Shown: positions 39,277 through 52,468, numbered from the stretch's first letter. The stretch is DNA of 64,000 nucleotides from Octopus bimaculoides (GCF_001194135.2 NC_068983.1:127433499-127497498); one strand, 5' to 3'. The notes: generated by a model from the sequence alone, not told the origin. Made by a program: numbers and translations.

Positions 39277-41420
39277 CGCACATAAACACACACACACACA
39301 CGCACACACACAAACACACATTTATTTACAAATAGGCAACATTATGTTAACATGTATATAGTAATTATCAATTTCCACTACAGTATTATTCTTTTGCCTC
39401 TTTGTTCCAGGTCATTTCGTGTGATCCCTAGTGCGTGCTTATCAATAAGATTTTATCAGATGTATTCCACCTGTATAATTGCTTTTTGTAAATGTTTATG
39501 CATTCAGGTTATGTGTGTATATAAACATGTGTGTACGAAGTGCGTGATGTTGCATAGGAAAATGCTTAGAATATTCGGCTGATGATCATTGGATCGAGTC
39601 TTTACAGCTTAGAATGACGAGCGAACCGTATCATCAAGTCAGATTTCATTTCTCGTTGCTCCAGATTACTCAGAAGTAACTAATATAAAGGGAGTGCTAC
39701 TCCAGTCCTCTTTCCCATCAACCGTCGTTTGCTGGATGTTCCACTTTGTCAACTGTCAGGAGGCCAAGAGAATGCCTGTGTTTTATCATAACTAGATAGT
39801 CACCCAAATCATCAGCAGTCAAAGAGTAGAACTGCAATTGTTAGATCCGTAACTTTTTTTCTATGCCTCATAAATGCTTTAGTACTGACATGGTAACTCA
39901 AATAAAACGTCTCTCTGTATTTGGAGTAGTCATCAGATATTTATTTGTTATGTATTGTATGATTAAACCTGAACTTCATATTCCTTTCGTCAAACCAATT
40001 TTGCTACTTAAGTTAGATATAGTAAACTATTGGAAGCAGAAAACGTTTCCGTTTTACTGTACATCTAAGTGTATTGAAATGCTTCTGTAATGTTGACGTT
40101 TCATATTTTTGGAAGTCACGTTTATCATGTGTAACCCTGGGTGATTTGATGTCTATATATCTAAACTATTTGAGGTTATGATGTTGTGTATTTGAAGTTC
40201 TGAAATATACATGTGGAACAAAGAATGTTCCGACAGTCATTCATTTGTATGGAACGAACGATTGAATATTTTTTTCCTATATCCTGATCATTTATAATGA
40301 CTCGAATGCTGGTCCTTAGCCCGAGCGCCATTTACGTTATTTTATCTTATTTTCCCTTTGGTTGCCGAGACTGTGTGATTATATCAGAGACGCCACGATC
40401 ATTTTAAAAGAACAACTAATGATTTATAGCTATCCACTATGTTACATTGTACATGTCAATTGCACCAGACCAAGCATCAGAAGCGGAACGTGCCCTAGAA
40501 TAAAAGTCAAGTAGAAGCCTATATGTGTTAGAGATGACACAACATAAGCTATCATAAAAGCTGGTTTTGTCACATCCATTACATGATATTGTCAGAGTGT
40601 AGTAGCTTATTAAATATGCTGATGATATATCTTACGTATCTGCATTTATTGTCACAATCCCACTTTAACGTTCAAGAAGACATGATAATGTTTCTTGCAG
40701 TCTCAATACTTGATTTCAATTCAAACCTCTAGCTTCTTTTTCACGGATTTATTTAAATATATATAGAATATCCACTGCAAAAACTGGATAACTAATCAAA
40801 TACAACCGGCAAGCATGCTATAAGTTTAAAATGTCATTAGGCTTCTTTCGTCGCCATCTCCTGATTGGAGGAAAGAACCTTGTCTGTATATTAAATTGTG
40901 TTTTGTCAAATGTGAAAGATATAGATTCGATAAATGTTCACAAATTGTAACAATAAAGCGGCCATCTATTAAGGATGACCACTGTGCGTAATTTCATCTA
41001 ATAATTTCTTATTCTATGCTCATTTCCACTTTTAGTAGTTTGGCTTCTAAATGAATTAAGATATATTAGAATAACTACAATGAGAACAAGTTAAGTAATT
41101 AAAGAAACCAAATTGTGATATGGTTATAGTGGTGATGGTTTGTATAAAACCACGCACGAATATCGCCAATATCAAGTTGGTGCATATTTTAACAAAGACC
41201 CAGAAAATGTGGGACCGATGATTTCATAACAAAAATACCCATCTCCTGGATGGTGTGCTAATAGAAGCTAATCGGTGTCTAAGTGCCTCTCAATGGGTAT
41301 ATTAAAACGGAAAATAAACTGGTATATTAATTACACTCAGAACATGTTCCGCAGCATAATACATAGGCACATACATACACACAAATACATACGCATAAAC
41401 ATACATATGCATACATACAT

Positions 41421-41453
<33 letters not shown>

Positions 41454-41739
41454 GATACATATTGAAAGTAATTGAAATTGAAACCATATAATAGTGAAGG
41501 TNNNNNNNNNNNNNNNNNNNNNNNNNNNNNNNNNNNNNNNNNNNNNNNNNNNNNNNNNNNNNNNNNNNNNNNNNNNNNNNNNNNNNNNNNNNNNNNNNNN
41601 NNNNNNNNNNNNNNNNNNNNNNNNNNNNNNNNNNNNNNNNNNNNNNNNNNNNNNNNNNNNNNNNNNNNNNNNNNNNNNNNNNNNNNNNNNNNNNNNNNNN
41701 NNNNNNNNNNNNNNNNNNNNNNNNNNNNNNATATATATT

Positions 41740-41772
<33 letters not shown>

Positions 41773-41949
41773 ATATAGTAAAATATGGATTCACATAGAA
41801 TCAGATAATTGAATGGATATGTACCAGTGAGGGGCGAATAATCTCTGTTAATCCGACCTATGGTTGGTGAGTATCAAACAGAATATTTCAGTTGTGGATA
41901 TAGAGAAAACCAATCCTATGAGTGTTTAGCGCATAGGGGTTGGTGCAAA

Positions 41950-42780
41950 TCACGCGTTACTTTGAATAGTAAGTTGTTGGTATACTTTATGGTGTCCGAC
42001 AAGTTGTAAATTCACTTGGTGTGTAATAATCAAATGAGTAATAATATACGATGGATAACTGTCAGCTCATTACAACTGTAACTTAAGTAAATTTTTAATA
42101 GAGCGTAACTCCATAATAAAAGACTGTAATCATCTGCTGAGAAGTAAGTTTACAAAGAATATCACAAGAATAAAGCAGGCAAGGGGTTGAAGTTTGTCGA
42201 GGCCAACTACGAGATGGGAGAATGACCAAATAAGTTAGTCTTTGAGGTTAAGAATATAGTTCTTGAAAGTCTGTAGTATTATATCTAAGATCACCGACCC
42301 AGGTGAGATAGTAATTTGCTAGATTAGTTCATAGGTAGAGTGGAATTGGGTATAGGTGATAATTTATTATAGTAGGCTTAGATCAGTTGGGAGCAAGGAC
42401 AAGTTATGAAATAAATTAGTGATAAACAAAGGAAGAATAAATAAATGAAAATTAAGGCTGAAGAAAAATAAAATCATACAAGCCAATTAGGCATAGGGTC
42501 GGGGTATCGGAATCTCTAGCTAATGCTAAATGGCAAAGGGATGAGGAAAGAGATACACAGAACTTAGGGGTATTCAGTGCATATTGTTTGAAATTTGGGG
42601 GAGGGTACGAGAACAATTTAATACTAAGCTCTAACTTTTATGACAATGAAGTTTTAATAAAAGTAGAGTACTACCTATCAATTAGGTGTTTAAAAATGAA
42701 TGAGGATATATTATGAACTACACCTAGTACCGAGTTAGAGGAAATAGCAGATCGGATATCAAAGAAAGCCAACAGTAGGG
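41950..42780 (-). mobile_element. Very decayed LINE reverse transcriptase relic (Jockey/L2/I-like)
   Basis: Minus strand, in the expected order: AFFDIRSA (~42766-42746; cf. FLDxxKAFD), VILDIILQTFKNYI (~42294; cf. LGVILDxxLTF), DYSLLLWSY (~42131; cf. LEYxxxVWSP). Confidence 0.5.
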
Positions 42781-42844
42781 AGTAGTCTATTTACGGTGAG
42801 GGGATAAACACAGACACACAAATACACACACACATATGTACATA

Positions 42845-43000
42845 CGACAGGCTTCTTTTAGTTTCTGTTTACTAAATCCACTCAGATGGCTTTCGTCGGT
42901 CGGAGGCTACAACAGAAGGCACTTGCCCAAAGTGCCGACTGAGACGGAATCATATGGGTGGGAAGCAAGTTTCTTACCACACTGCCACACCTGCGCCTAT
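42845..43000 (-). mobile_element. SINE family B
   Basis: Reverse complement has gtggcagtgtggtaagaaacttgcttccc...ctttgggcaagtgccttc...tagtaaacagaaactaaaagaagcctgtcg. Confidence 0.8.
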
Positions 43001-44457
43001 GTACATATATATTTTTATATATATATATTTATATACACACACACACACACACATACACACACACACACGCACACACACAAACATATGTATATATATATAT
43101 ATACATATATTAAAGTAGTAATTTTATGGGGGATTTTTAAACTCAAAATCCCTACATATTCACTTGTGAAGGAAACGTGGATGAATGAAGTTCAAAAGGT
43201 CTTACCAACACACTTCTTCGCACATTTCCGGAAACGGCCGTACGACTCTTTCTATTTATTGAACTCATTTTAGGACTTCGTTTTTTGATTATTTTGAACT
43301 GTTATTTCATCGGCTTGGACTTCTTAATTTATCTGTATGTATTTATGCAATTACGTATCCAACTTTGATTTGGGTACGGAATTACACTATTATATGTATA
43401 TATATGTTTTTGTATGTTATACGTTCGCATTTCTTATAATGGTTTATATATGCCCTCTGTGTTTAGATATGTGTCGGCTTCGATGGGGAGAACTATTGAC
43501 CTTGGTACTTGCCTCTTTCAAATTAATATTTTAAACTAATCGCACTATAAAATGAGCCCTACGCTGTTGTTTCTTGAAAAGAGTTCACCTCTATAACTTT
43601 TCATTACCTATATATATATGAGAGGTATCATACTCCACGCATTTATGTTTATACATATAAGTGTTTGTGTGTGTGCGTGCGTGTGTGTCGCGTGTGTTTC
43701 TGTTTCAATATAGCTATGTGTGTGCTACGACGATTTAGTGTTTGTCAATAATACATAGCACTTGTACTGATTAAAAGATATTAAATCTTGATGCACACTA
43801 ATTGTTAATATAAAACGAAGTTAATCCCATGCTTATACAAGCGTGTTTACTATTTTATTTGTATTAGTATTCCATGTGCTCTATAACTATGGAAATATTA
43901 ATATTTCTAAGTCTCTCTAAGGGGAAGCGGCTGACATCCCCCGTTCGAAGATTATAATGGACACAGTTTCGTGTCACATAGCTAGCTAGAGGCGATGGCC
44001 TCTTGGAGCTAATCAACGGCAGCATTCGTCCTATTTTGGTTTGACGATAACTATTAATATATAACTATGGCCACCTTTGAACTACATATTTGTTTACTCT
44101 ACTTACTCTCAGTCTATTCGTTAAAGCTGATTTTTAAGAATACGTATTTTATGAATCGAACTTTCACTTGTTCAAAAGTAACAACAGAAATGGAATAACA
44201 GAGCAATTAAATATTTACTGAGTATATAGAGGTGCGAATGAGGAATGAGAAAACGAGACAGAAAATGTTTAGGTGATGTGTGTATAAGTATATGGATGCC
44301 AATGTGTAGCGGTATCTGCGTATATCTATATGTGTGCTTAATACTGTAGATGATTGCAGAGACAGTTAGTCATATGTCACTGAGACACACGGTAGTGAGT
44401 CATCAGAGATATATATAGTAATGCCATTTATGTTTCCTGACTTAAAGTATATACAAA

Positions 44458-44680
44458 GTGTATGTCTATGACGAAAGTAGAAACGTTGCAGCAACCCAAT
44501 AAAAAACCCATCGTCACCTCCTACAAAAAATTATAACGTCATTTCCTCAGCATGGAATATGACGGCCTTAGTATTTTAGATGTAAAAAAAAAAAACATTG
44601 CGTTTATTGATTTCAGAAGTTTCACCCCACCAATGGAGATTATTATGACAACATCCTGAGACAGTTACGAAAGGCTAGCA
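44458..44680 (+). mobile_element. Mariner transposase catalytic-domain fragment
   Basis: NPSSPPTKNYNVISSAWNMTALVF* (cf. HPSSPxPKK...SAGKVMAxVFWD), then TNGDYYDNILRQLRKA (cf. TINGEYYANLLxQLRxAI). Confidence 0.75.
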
Positions 44681-44972
44681 CTCTACTACAGTCCTTTTCA
44701 TGAAATTTCATTAAAGTACTTACTTCGGAAACAATTTGTCTGCTACAAATTATTTCATTCAAATTAGTGATTGCAGAGACTATAGACATTATGCATGACA
44801 AGTTGCGATGTTCATGCAGGTGTCTCAACTCTAAAGACATTTTCCTCCCGTCTTTCAAAATTGTTGTTTGATAAATGGAATCACACTCGCCTATAACCTT
44901 TACCTNNNNNNNNNNNNNNNNNNNNNNNNNNNNATATATATATATATATATATATATATATACGTTGCTACT

Positions 44973-45029
44973 CAATCACATCCCTAGATTCTTCTTCAAT
45001 AATATATTATCAATTCATATTTTTTTATA
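44973..45029 (+). repeat. 57-bp perfect direct repeat, copy 1 (copy 2 at 46267-46323)
   Basis: caatcacatccctagattcttcttcaataatatattatcaattcatatttttttata is identical in both places, 1294 bp apart. Confidence 0.92.
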
Positions 45030-45064
45030 TAACACTTTCGGTGTATCTGTTCAAATTGCTAGGT

Positions 45065-45295
45065 TGCGGGGAATGTAAACAAACCAACACCTGTTGTCAA
45101 GTATTGATGTGAGACAAACAGTTCCCGCCTAATAAATTCACTCACAAAGCTTTTAGTTAGCCTGGAACTATAGTAGACGATACCTGCGCAAGTTACCCCG
45201 TAGTCAGACTGAACCCAGAAATGGGCTTGAGACGGAAACATCTTACCACACAGCCAAGCCTGCGCCTACTCCCAGAACCACGCCTGCACCTACAT
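45065..45295 (-). mobile_element. SINE family B, diverged
   Basis: cttaccacacagcc (head, reverse complement), ctatagtagacgatacctgcgcaag, aaacaaaccaacacctgttgtcaag. Confidence 0.7.
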
Positions 45296-46266
45296 ATATG
45301 TGTGTATGAGAGTGTGTGTGTGTGTGTTTATGTGTGTGTGTGCGTGTGTTTATGTGTGTAGGTGCAGGCGAGGTCGTATGCATGTATATAAATGCAGTCA
45401 CCTGCTTCACATTGTATCTAAATTATAGATAATAATCATTGTTCTTATGTTTTAATGTATAGCATTTGGTGCTGTTTAAATTTAGTGGTAGAGGTAGTGC
45501 TGTTGTGACAGTTGTTGCTTTTAAATATATATATTAGCGACAATGGCAGTATCGATACCGACAGGTAATATTTAACCCCACTTAAACGTACATGTTGTAT
45601 TGGAACGAACGTTACTGCGGTCGTTACCATCTTTACTCTTGTTTCATTGTGCAATATTATCTCATGTGGCTGTTTTTTGTATTTGTTCTGACCTTGCTCG
45701 GCCCTTATTTGTACTCAAAGAATCATTTAACACAAATATTTACTTGGTGTGTACATTCTGTTCGACTTAATATCCATATCAATTTTGTCTAACATGCACT
45801 GACTTGTATTGTACAGCATAGCCTCTTATATGAGTAAGATTTCGTTACTGTTTCTGGACCCGGAGACTCTACATGTAAGATGAAGAATTTGCGTTGATAC
45901 TCATTTCAGTATATTTGTAAATTTCAATGCTTGTCGAAGCTAAGTAAAATCAGGATTTTGAATTTGCTAAATTTTGGCTAACGTCGGCTTTTTTCGTATA
46001 CTTCTCGGTGTACTTTACATTTAATAGCTATTAAATAAGAATATGTTTGTTTCTGAAACTCTCTCCTAAAATACGCAAGGTGTTATCAATAAAGAGGGAC
46101 TGTATTATAAATATTTCGAGCTAAAATTTCCATTTCTTCCTCTTATCGATGATATCTGACATATTCAATTGAATCATCTCACATTCCATATTTCATTGGA
46201 AGGTGAAGAAATCCTGTCATTGAGAGTCTTGGAAATGGCATGACAACTAAACAACACAATGGCACA

Positions 46267-46323
46267 CAATCACATCCCTAGATTCTTCTTCAATAATATA
46301 TTATCAATTCATATTTTTTTATA
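46267..46323 (+). repeat. 57-bp perfect direct repeat, copy 2
   Basis: Identical to 44973-45029. Confidence 0.92.
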
Positions 46324-46717
46324 CTTTCTTTAAAGCATATGCTGCCGCTATTTATCCCCTAGCAACTGATGATTCACTCGTGAACGTTTCACTGAATGTT
46401 AACGGAAACAACTGTTCCATAGTTAGCCAAGTTACCACAATGTTTCTCTAGCCAGATAAAAATGTGTCGTTTAAGAATCCCATTATGCACATACAAGTGC
46501 TCAGCAATGCAAATATGATACGTATCACTGGTTCATTGCATTCAGTGTTGAATCAAGAAACGCATAGAAAAGAACACTTTTTGAAAGCTGCAATTATGTC
46601 CAATCAAATGAATATATGGTGATATAAGTGTATATTCGTATGCGCTATCTTATAAATACGTATATATGTGCACGTATATACAGAAACATATATATGCTAA
46701 ATGTATAAACATGTATG

Positions 46718-46836
<119 letters not shown>

Positions 46837-46845
46837 GTGTGTGTA

Positions 46846-46878
<33 letters not shown>

Positions 46879-46959
46879 GTATGTGTCTTTTTCCGACATT
46901 GTTTTCGTATACATTCGCTGCTTTCTTCCAAGGAATCTAATGCTCGTAGTTTAATTTCC

Positions 46960-47150
46960 CCTTGGGGCTGGTCAGATTGGAGCAATCTCCAGTGTAACCA
47001 GCCGAAATTGCAAAGTTAATCTGGAATTTGACTGAGGATGGAAAACTCCGAATGACCCAACCATGTATTCCTTGTATCGTCTGTCTGGATATTTTGTTGT
47101 CCCTTTTTTCGTATCACCTAATTGTCTGCATGTTTGCGTTCTTGTCCCTT
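46960..47150. other. Structured GC-richer segment, probable interspersed repeat (possibly Penelope-terminal-like)
   Basis: 7-bp stem ggctggt/accagcc (46966-46972/46997-47003) enclosing gattg/caatc, then GAAA, and CTGAGGA at 47032. Confidence 0.35.
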
Positions 47151-48366
47151 TTTTTTGTATTTTTTATATATAAGATATAGCGGTGTACGTACACTTTGGT
47201 CTCTTATATGTATATACATAAATGCAAATTTTGTACGACTCTATTATTCTTTGAATGCTTTCATTCTTTCCTTCTTTCTTTCGTTCTTTCGTTCCCACCT
47301 CTCTCACATTTTTTGTCCTTCTCTTCATACTTACTTTCCCTCCTCATTGATTTCACTGTGTAACTTTCATTCTTCTTCATCTATATTCCTCCCTGTGCCT
47401 GTTTAAATCTTATGTCTATGCCTTACGGCATAGACATAGACACGCCACAGATCGAAGAACATAGTTTATCAATGTAAGGTAACGACCCAAACAGCTGTTA
47501 CCATATACGTGGGTTGTTCTTCTGGACAAATTTGTAAACGGATATCGAATCATTATAATACGTTTAGAGATAAAAGTAAAATGGCGAATACTAGTCTTAG
47601 TAAATTTATTTGAGAACTGAAGGAACAAAAAAAAGCAAAAGCAATATTCGTTACAATGGTCAATTATTGGAAAGTCTTTCCCTTGCGATAAAGGCAAAAT
47701 ATATTGCTCGTTGTGTAATCTAGAATTATTTTTTATATTATTTTCTAAGGGTAAGTTACTAGATAAACTCACATACAATGCTTTCAGATGTAGTCATTTT
47801 CTTAGGCATACATTTTCCTGGTTTAAATAAATTATTAATTTCAATATGATCGGGTATTATAATATAATATAATGTTTAAAATACAGGATATTTTAATAAT
47901 CTAATTGTACATTAGTTTATAATTGAATTTATTACCAATGATCAATAATTCGTATTACTTGATTGTTTATAATTAATAATATTATTAGTGTTGTCTCCCT
48001 TAGACGGAATTTATTGATGATGAAGTTTTTTGTTATTATTTATTCGGTGGACATTTTAATTAAAATTTAGAGTAGAGGACATGTTTTTTTATTTTTTTTA
48101 TTTTATAAATAGCGTTCACTATTTAAAGATTTAGTTACTATTGTATAACATACAGTTATTGATCATGGAGGAATTTTGGATGTAAGCCTTAGAGATTATA
48201 ATTTTTTTTGGTGCTTACATTTTACCCTGAGGATGTGTAAGGTAATTTATTTAACTTGTATTAAGAGTTAAAATTGACCTTATACAGAAATGTTTACATA
48301 GGTAATACACTTGAACATATATATGGATATTAGCGTCAAAGCTCTTATTTAAATTTTAAATTTATA

Positions 48367-48416
<50 letters not shown>

Positions 48417-48544
48417 GAGGTCCTGATAATTAATCGATATTAATTAATATATGATTAATTAACAGATTTTAAGTTAATATATATATATATATATATATAC
48501 ATATATGTATGATATGTATATGTAAAAATATGTTTGTTGTGTGT

Positions 48545-49620
48545 GTGTATGTGCCAGTGTCCGTGTATTATGTGGTCGTGCTCCTGCTCGTTGTGTCCGC
48601 TCGCGTGTCCACGTGCGCGCAGTTGATATCGCGTCCGGCGCGTCAAGAAGTTCATTATTATTATGCGTTATTGACCACAAGTGGCTGTGTTCATTTGTTA
48701 TGCGCTCATGATTGTGGTCATCGTCTCCGATTGCGTGGATATGAGCGTCGTATATTCGGCTGCTGCACATCAAAGCAGGCAGCATCCCCGTTGGAAGGTC
48801 GTCAGTGGGACGTATCGTACTCGAGTGTGTTAGTCCGTATCTTATATGTTCACGTTAGCGCTCGTGCTCGCTCTTGCTGTCCCCGTTCTTGTGGACGTGA
48901 TTTTCTTGTAGGCGCTGAGTCTTCTAGCATACCTTTGCTCGTTTTCTTTCTCATGCTCATGTTCATCTGTGTGTATGCTATCGGGCCTCCTGCCGCCCGT
49001 CACGCGTCTTCTACCGGTAGCACCCATTACTAGTGCTCAATACCACATAGCAGTCTGTCTGGACGCTGCAAGAACGCGGTGAGAGTATAACCAAGCTGTA
49101 GTGACCGTCACACCCCAGACGGTCTCCGACAACATTAAGAGATTTGAGCAGATCGGCCGAGGAGATCCGCCGCTCTGCCATGCCTGACGGGATTTTGAAG
49201 AAATACCTGGTCGCCGGGCTAAGACCGACTCCAGCACGCGGACACGCTCGTATTTAACTGGGAACTCTCCTTTCTGCTCCCTCTCTCCTGTCTGTTCCGG
49301 TCCGTGTACAATGATCGTGCTCCTTCTCCGGAGTACATTCCTCCCCATCAATCTCTGCCGCCATCTAGCGCGTTCCGGAAGCTTCGCCGAAAATGCCCGG
49401 CGTGGAATCGTCAAGTATGCCCGTGGCCTTGCTCGCTGCTGATTCACGTGGACATTCTCCTTGTCCTTCTAGTTTCTCGTTACGCGGTCGCCCTCGTACT
49501 CATCCTCGTGATTATACTCGTCATCTCCGCCCACGGAGTATGCAAAGAAAGCTGCTATTTCATGATGCTGGCTACCTTTTAATGATACTGACTAGTGAAT
49601 CAGATTTTCGAGGTTGCATC
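48545..49620 (+). pseudogene. CpG-rich island with decayed Arg/Ser/Pro-rich coding signature; possibly a retroelement gag/ORF1 relic
   Basis: Abrupt GC/CpG enrichment against the AT-rich flanks, with overlapping short ORFs on both strands. Plus-strand runs such as RARSCCPRSCGRD, RGHSPCPSS-RGRPRTHPRD, LQERGESI and MPDGILKKYLVAGLRP. Strand and identity are inferred. Confidence 0.35.
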
Positions 49621-50220
49621 ACGGTTATACCGGTGGGATAAATATAATAACAACAATAATACCCGGATGGGGTTTGTGAATATCTAATACATCGCTACAT
49701 ACGTTTCCACAGACGAGACCTGTTTATTTATTTAATTACCCCCTTAATCCTCTAGAGCCTGGTGTATGTTCATGTATTTTCATTGACGATGAAGGCAAGT
49801 ACCAGCTTTCCCATGAGGCAGGATCGATGAGTGTTGAGAGGTGTCAGTGTCGTCATGAGGCAAAGCATTTCTTTTGTAAAGCCAGAACTCCGGGATCTGA
49901 AATTATCCAGTAATTTTTGCTTGTTTGTTTTGTCTCTTCGTCTTCGCTCCTGGTGCTATATGAACATTTATTGTGGTTTAGAGTTAAGATTTGATTGATA
50001 TTTTCAGCGTGGTGATATCTCTTTGATACCCTATATCATAATTTTAAATAATTGTTACCTTTGATGGTCTTTATTCCCATGATGACCACTTGATAAAATC
50101 GATACTTAAATTTCGATCTTATCCTTATGTATATATATATATATATATATNNNNNNNNNNNNNNNNNNNNNNNNNNNNNNNNNNNNNNNNNNNNNNNNNN
50201 NNNNNNNNNNNNNATATATG

Positions 50221-50252
<32 letters not shown>

Positions 50253-51264
50253 TACATATATTTGCCTATGCATTCCTACATACTTTTACGTATGGTTAAT
50301 TGAAAAAGATTCATGTAATTCTTTTGTTTTCATATGTGTGAATATACTACGTAGGGTTTCACTCTACTGCCTCCACCCCTAATCACATTTGTAACAACCT
50401 GAACGCGGCCCAGGGATTGAAAAGTGATTGAAACAGAGAGAAGGGTATTTAGTTTTCTTTTGAACATGCATAAATATTTTCAATATGCACCACATTCGAT
50501 TTCTGAGTGTGTGTGTGCTTATGTGTGTATTCTCGTGTGTGCATATATGTATATTTTGAAGACATTATTATTCCATGTGACACATGATCTACTATATAAC
50601 TTTTATACTATTGCTGCAATACAACTCGCTTTAACTAATATCTAAAATGTTGTTATTAATTTTTGGCAAAAATTAAAAACATGAATTCCAGACACTCGAT
50701 ATTAATGTCCAAATATACTTTCCTGTGTGTATGGTTAATCCAGCGAGAGAGGTAGTTTGTTTAAAATAAGTAAATGATTGGTTTACATATGAAAGTTTGA
50801 CACCCTGGATTAGTACATATGGCGTCTATCCCAGTTAGATGATTGCTAAACAACGTCTCTTCTTCGTATTTTTCTATCTTTGTCTCTGCCTCTCATCATT
50901 GAATTCTCTTTAGGATTTGGCAACAGAGTATCGCTTAAATCTTCTTAGCAGTGAAGTAAGGATTAACAAACAGACACAAAAATACAAAGAACAGGATTAG
51001 GAATAAAATATTAAGACGAATTTAAGTTACGATAATGAATAAAGCATTTTAAAAATAGCGGTTAAAGGAGAGGAATAGAGAAGGATGTAGCTAGCAAATG
51101 GAAAGTAGCCAAGAATTGACAGATGAAGGCGAATAAAGACATCAGAGGAAGAAATTACACGACAATTTCAAAGAATTGCACTATAAATACACCGAGGTAG
51201 CGCTTAATGTAATTCTGCAAATAATACTATTAATGTATAATCTCTGAAAAGGATATTCACACAG

Positions 51265-51304
<40 letters not shown>

Positions 51305-51759
51305 ATAAGCACGCACGCAAATAATCATATATCTGTGTGTGCGTGTATACTTGTATCTATGTATACATTTATATATATATATATATATATATGTATATGT
51401 TTATATCAGGCACGTGCCGTGAGTAATTACTCATTGTACGCAGTTGGCGACGTTTATGAGATAAAAATAAACACGAAAACATAAGATGAAACATAGGCGC
51501 GCGCCTGAGTTAGAGGCAGATTTACTTCTGCCTGTATATAGCGTGTAAAGAAAACGTTGTTGCAGAAAAGTACACACCACGTGTACTACAGCAGTACAGT
51601 GTGTAGTTTTAATACTGAGATTGAAAGGCAGGAGTGAATTATGCCTACCTAATCTACAAAAAAAGTCTATATGTTTTGCACATTATGCATAATAATCAGA
51701 GTAACATTTATAATTTCGTTGAATTAGGTGCATATTTTGCCATAAAAGTAGAATCTCAC

Positions 51760-52196
51760 TATCGATCTATTTCATTCAGGGAAGGCACTCAAGTGTAATA
51801 CAAGACTTCGCAAATATCCCCTCTGGGTAAAACAACAAATTGAAGGGAATATGACCAAAGAGTGTGTGCACTCCCTCCCATGTAGCCGTGCTTGGTTATA
51901 CAAAGGCGAAAAATGCCGTACCCTCAAAATAAGGGTAGAGGAGCATCGCAAAGCTGTGACCTGCGGAGATATTAATAATTCGGGTATAGCTGATCATGTA
52001 TGGAAAAATGGAGACCGCCTTCCCCTGTGGGATGAAGTTAAAATAATAGACAGTGAACACCACTGAAAAATACGAAAACTAAAAGAAGCAGCACATATAC
52101 CAGGACGCAACCACATCCTGCGCAGATCGAGTGCAGATATGAATAGCATGCGGGAACTGGTATTAAGGAAGGATTGGAAAATATTTGATTTATAAG
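51760..52196 (+). mobile_element. Penelope-like element GIY-YIG endonuclease fragment (type 1)
   Basis: CVHSLPCSRAWLYKGEKCRTLKIRVEEHRK...SGIADHVW...WDEVKIIDSEHH*KIRKLKEAAHI (cf. VYxIPC...YIGETxRxLxxRxxEH...RKLKEA). Confidence 0.85.
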
Positions 52197-52227
52197 CCCT
52201 AAAATTTCACTCAATAACTGCCCACGT

Positions 52228-52297
52228 GCATATGGCGTAGTTGCTAAGAGCGCGGGCTACTAACCCCAACATTCCGAGTTCGATTCCAGGCAGTGAA
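52228..52297 (+). mobile_element. Short tRNA-derived SINE head
   Basis: A-box-like tggcgtagttg and B-box-like gagttcgattcc; no complete acceptor stem; followed by aataat. Confidence 0.65.
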
Positions 52298-52362
52298 TAA
52301 TATTATCAAAAATGAGAGTATATCAGCCAAAACGTTGTGTTGACAACAAACAAAATGAGGAC

Positions 52363-52417
<55 letters not shown>

Positions 52418-52468
52418 CATACATATATTGAGAGAGAGAGAGAGCAAGAGAGAGATACACGCATAAAG

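Noticed and set aside
46365-46420. CTGATGA followed by a ttcac/gtgaa hairpin as a hammerhead
   Set aside because: No GAAA directly after stem II and no NUH in register.
48509-49033. 174-aa ORF with signal-peptide-like VVVLLLVVSA as an intact secreted-protein gene
   Set aside because: It starts in a TA/TG microsatellite, has no recognisable domain, and hydrophobic runs arise trivially from cgt/gtc/ctc-rich sequence; treated as part of the decayed island.
52228-52297. Possible tRNA gene (also 63740-63810 and 1960-2015)
   Set aside because: A/B boxes are present, but there is no complete cloverleaf or acceptor stem, and they continue into SINE bodies or tails.
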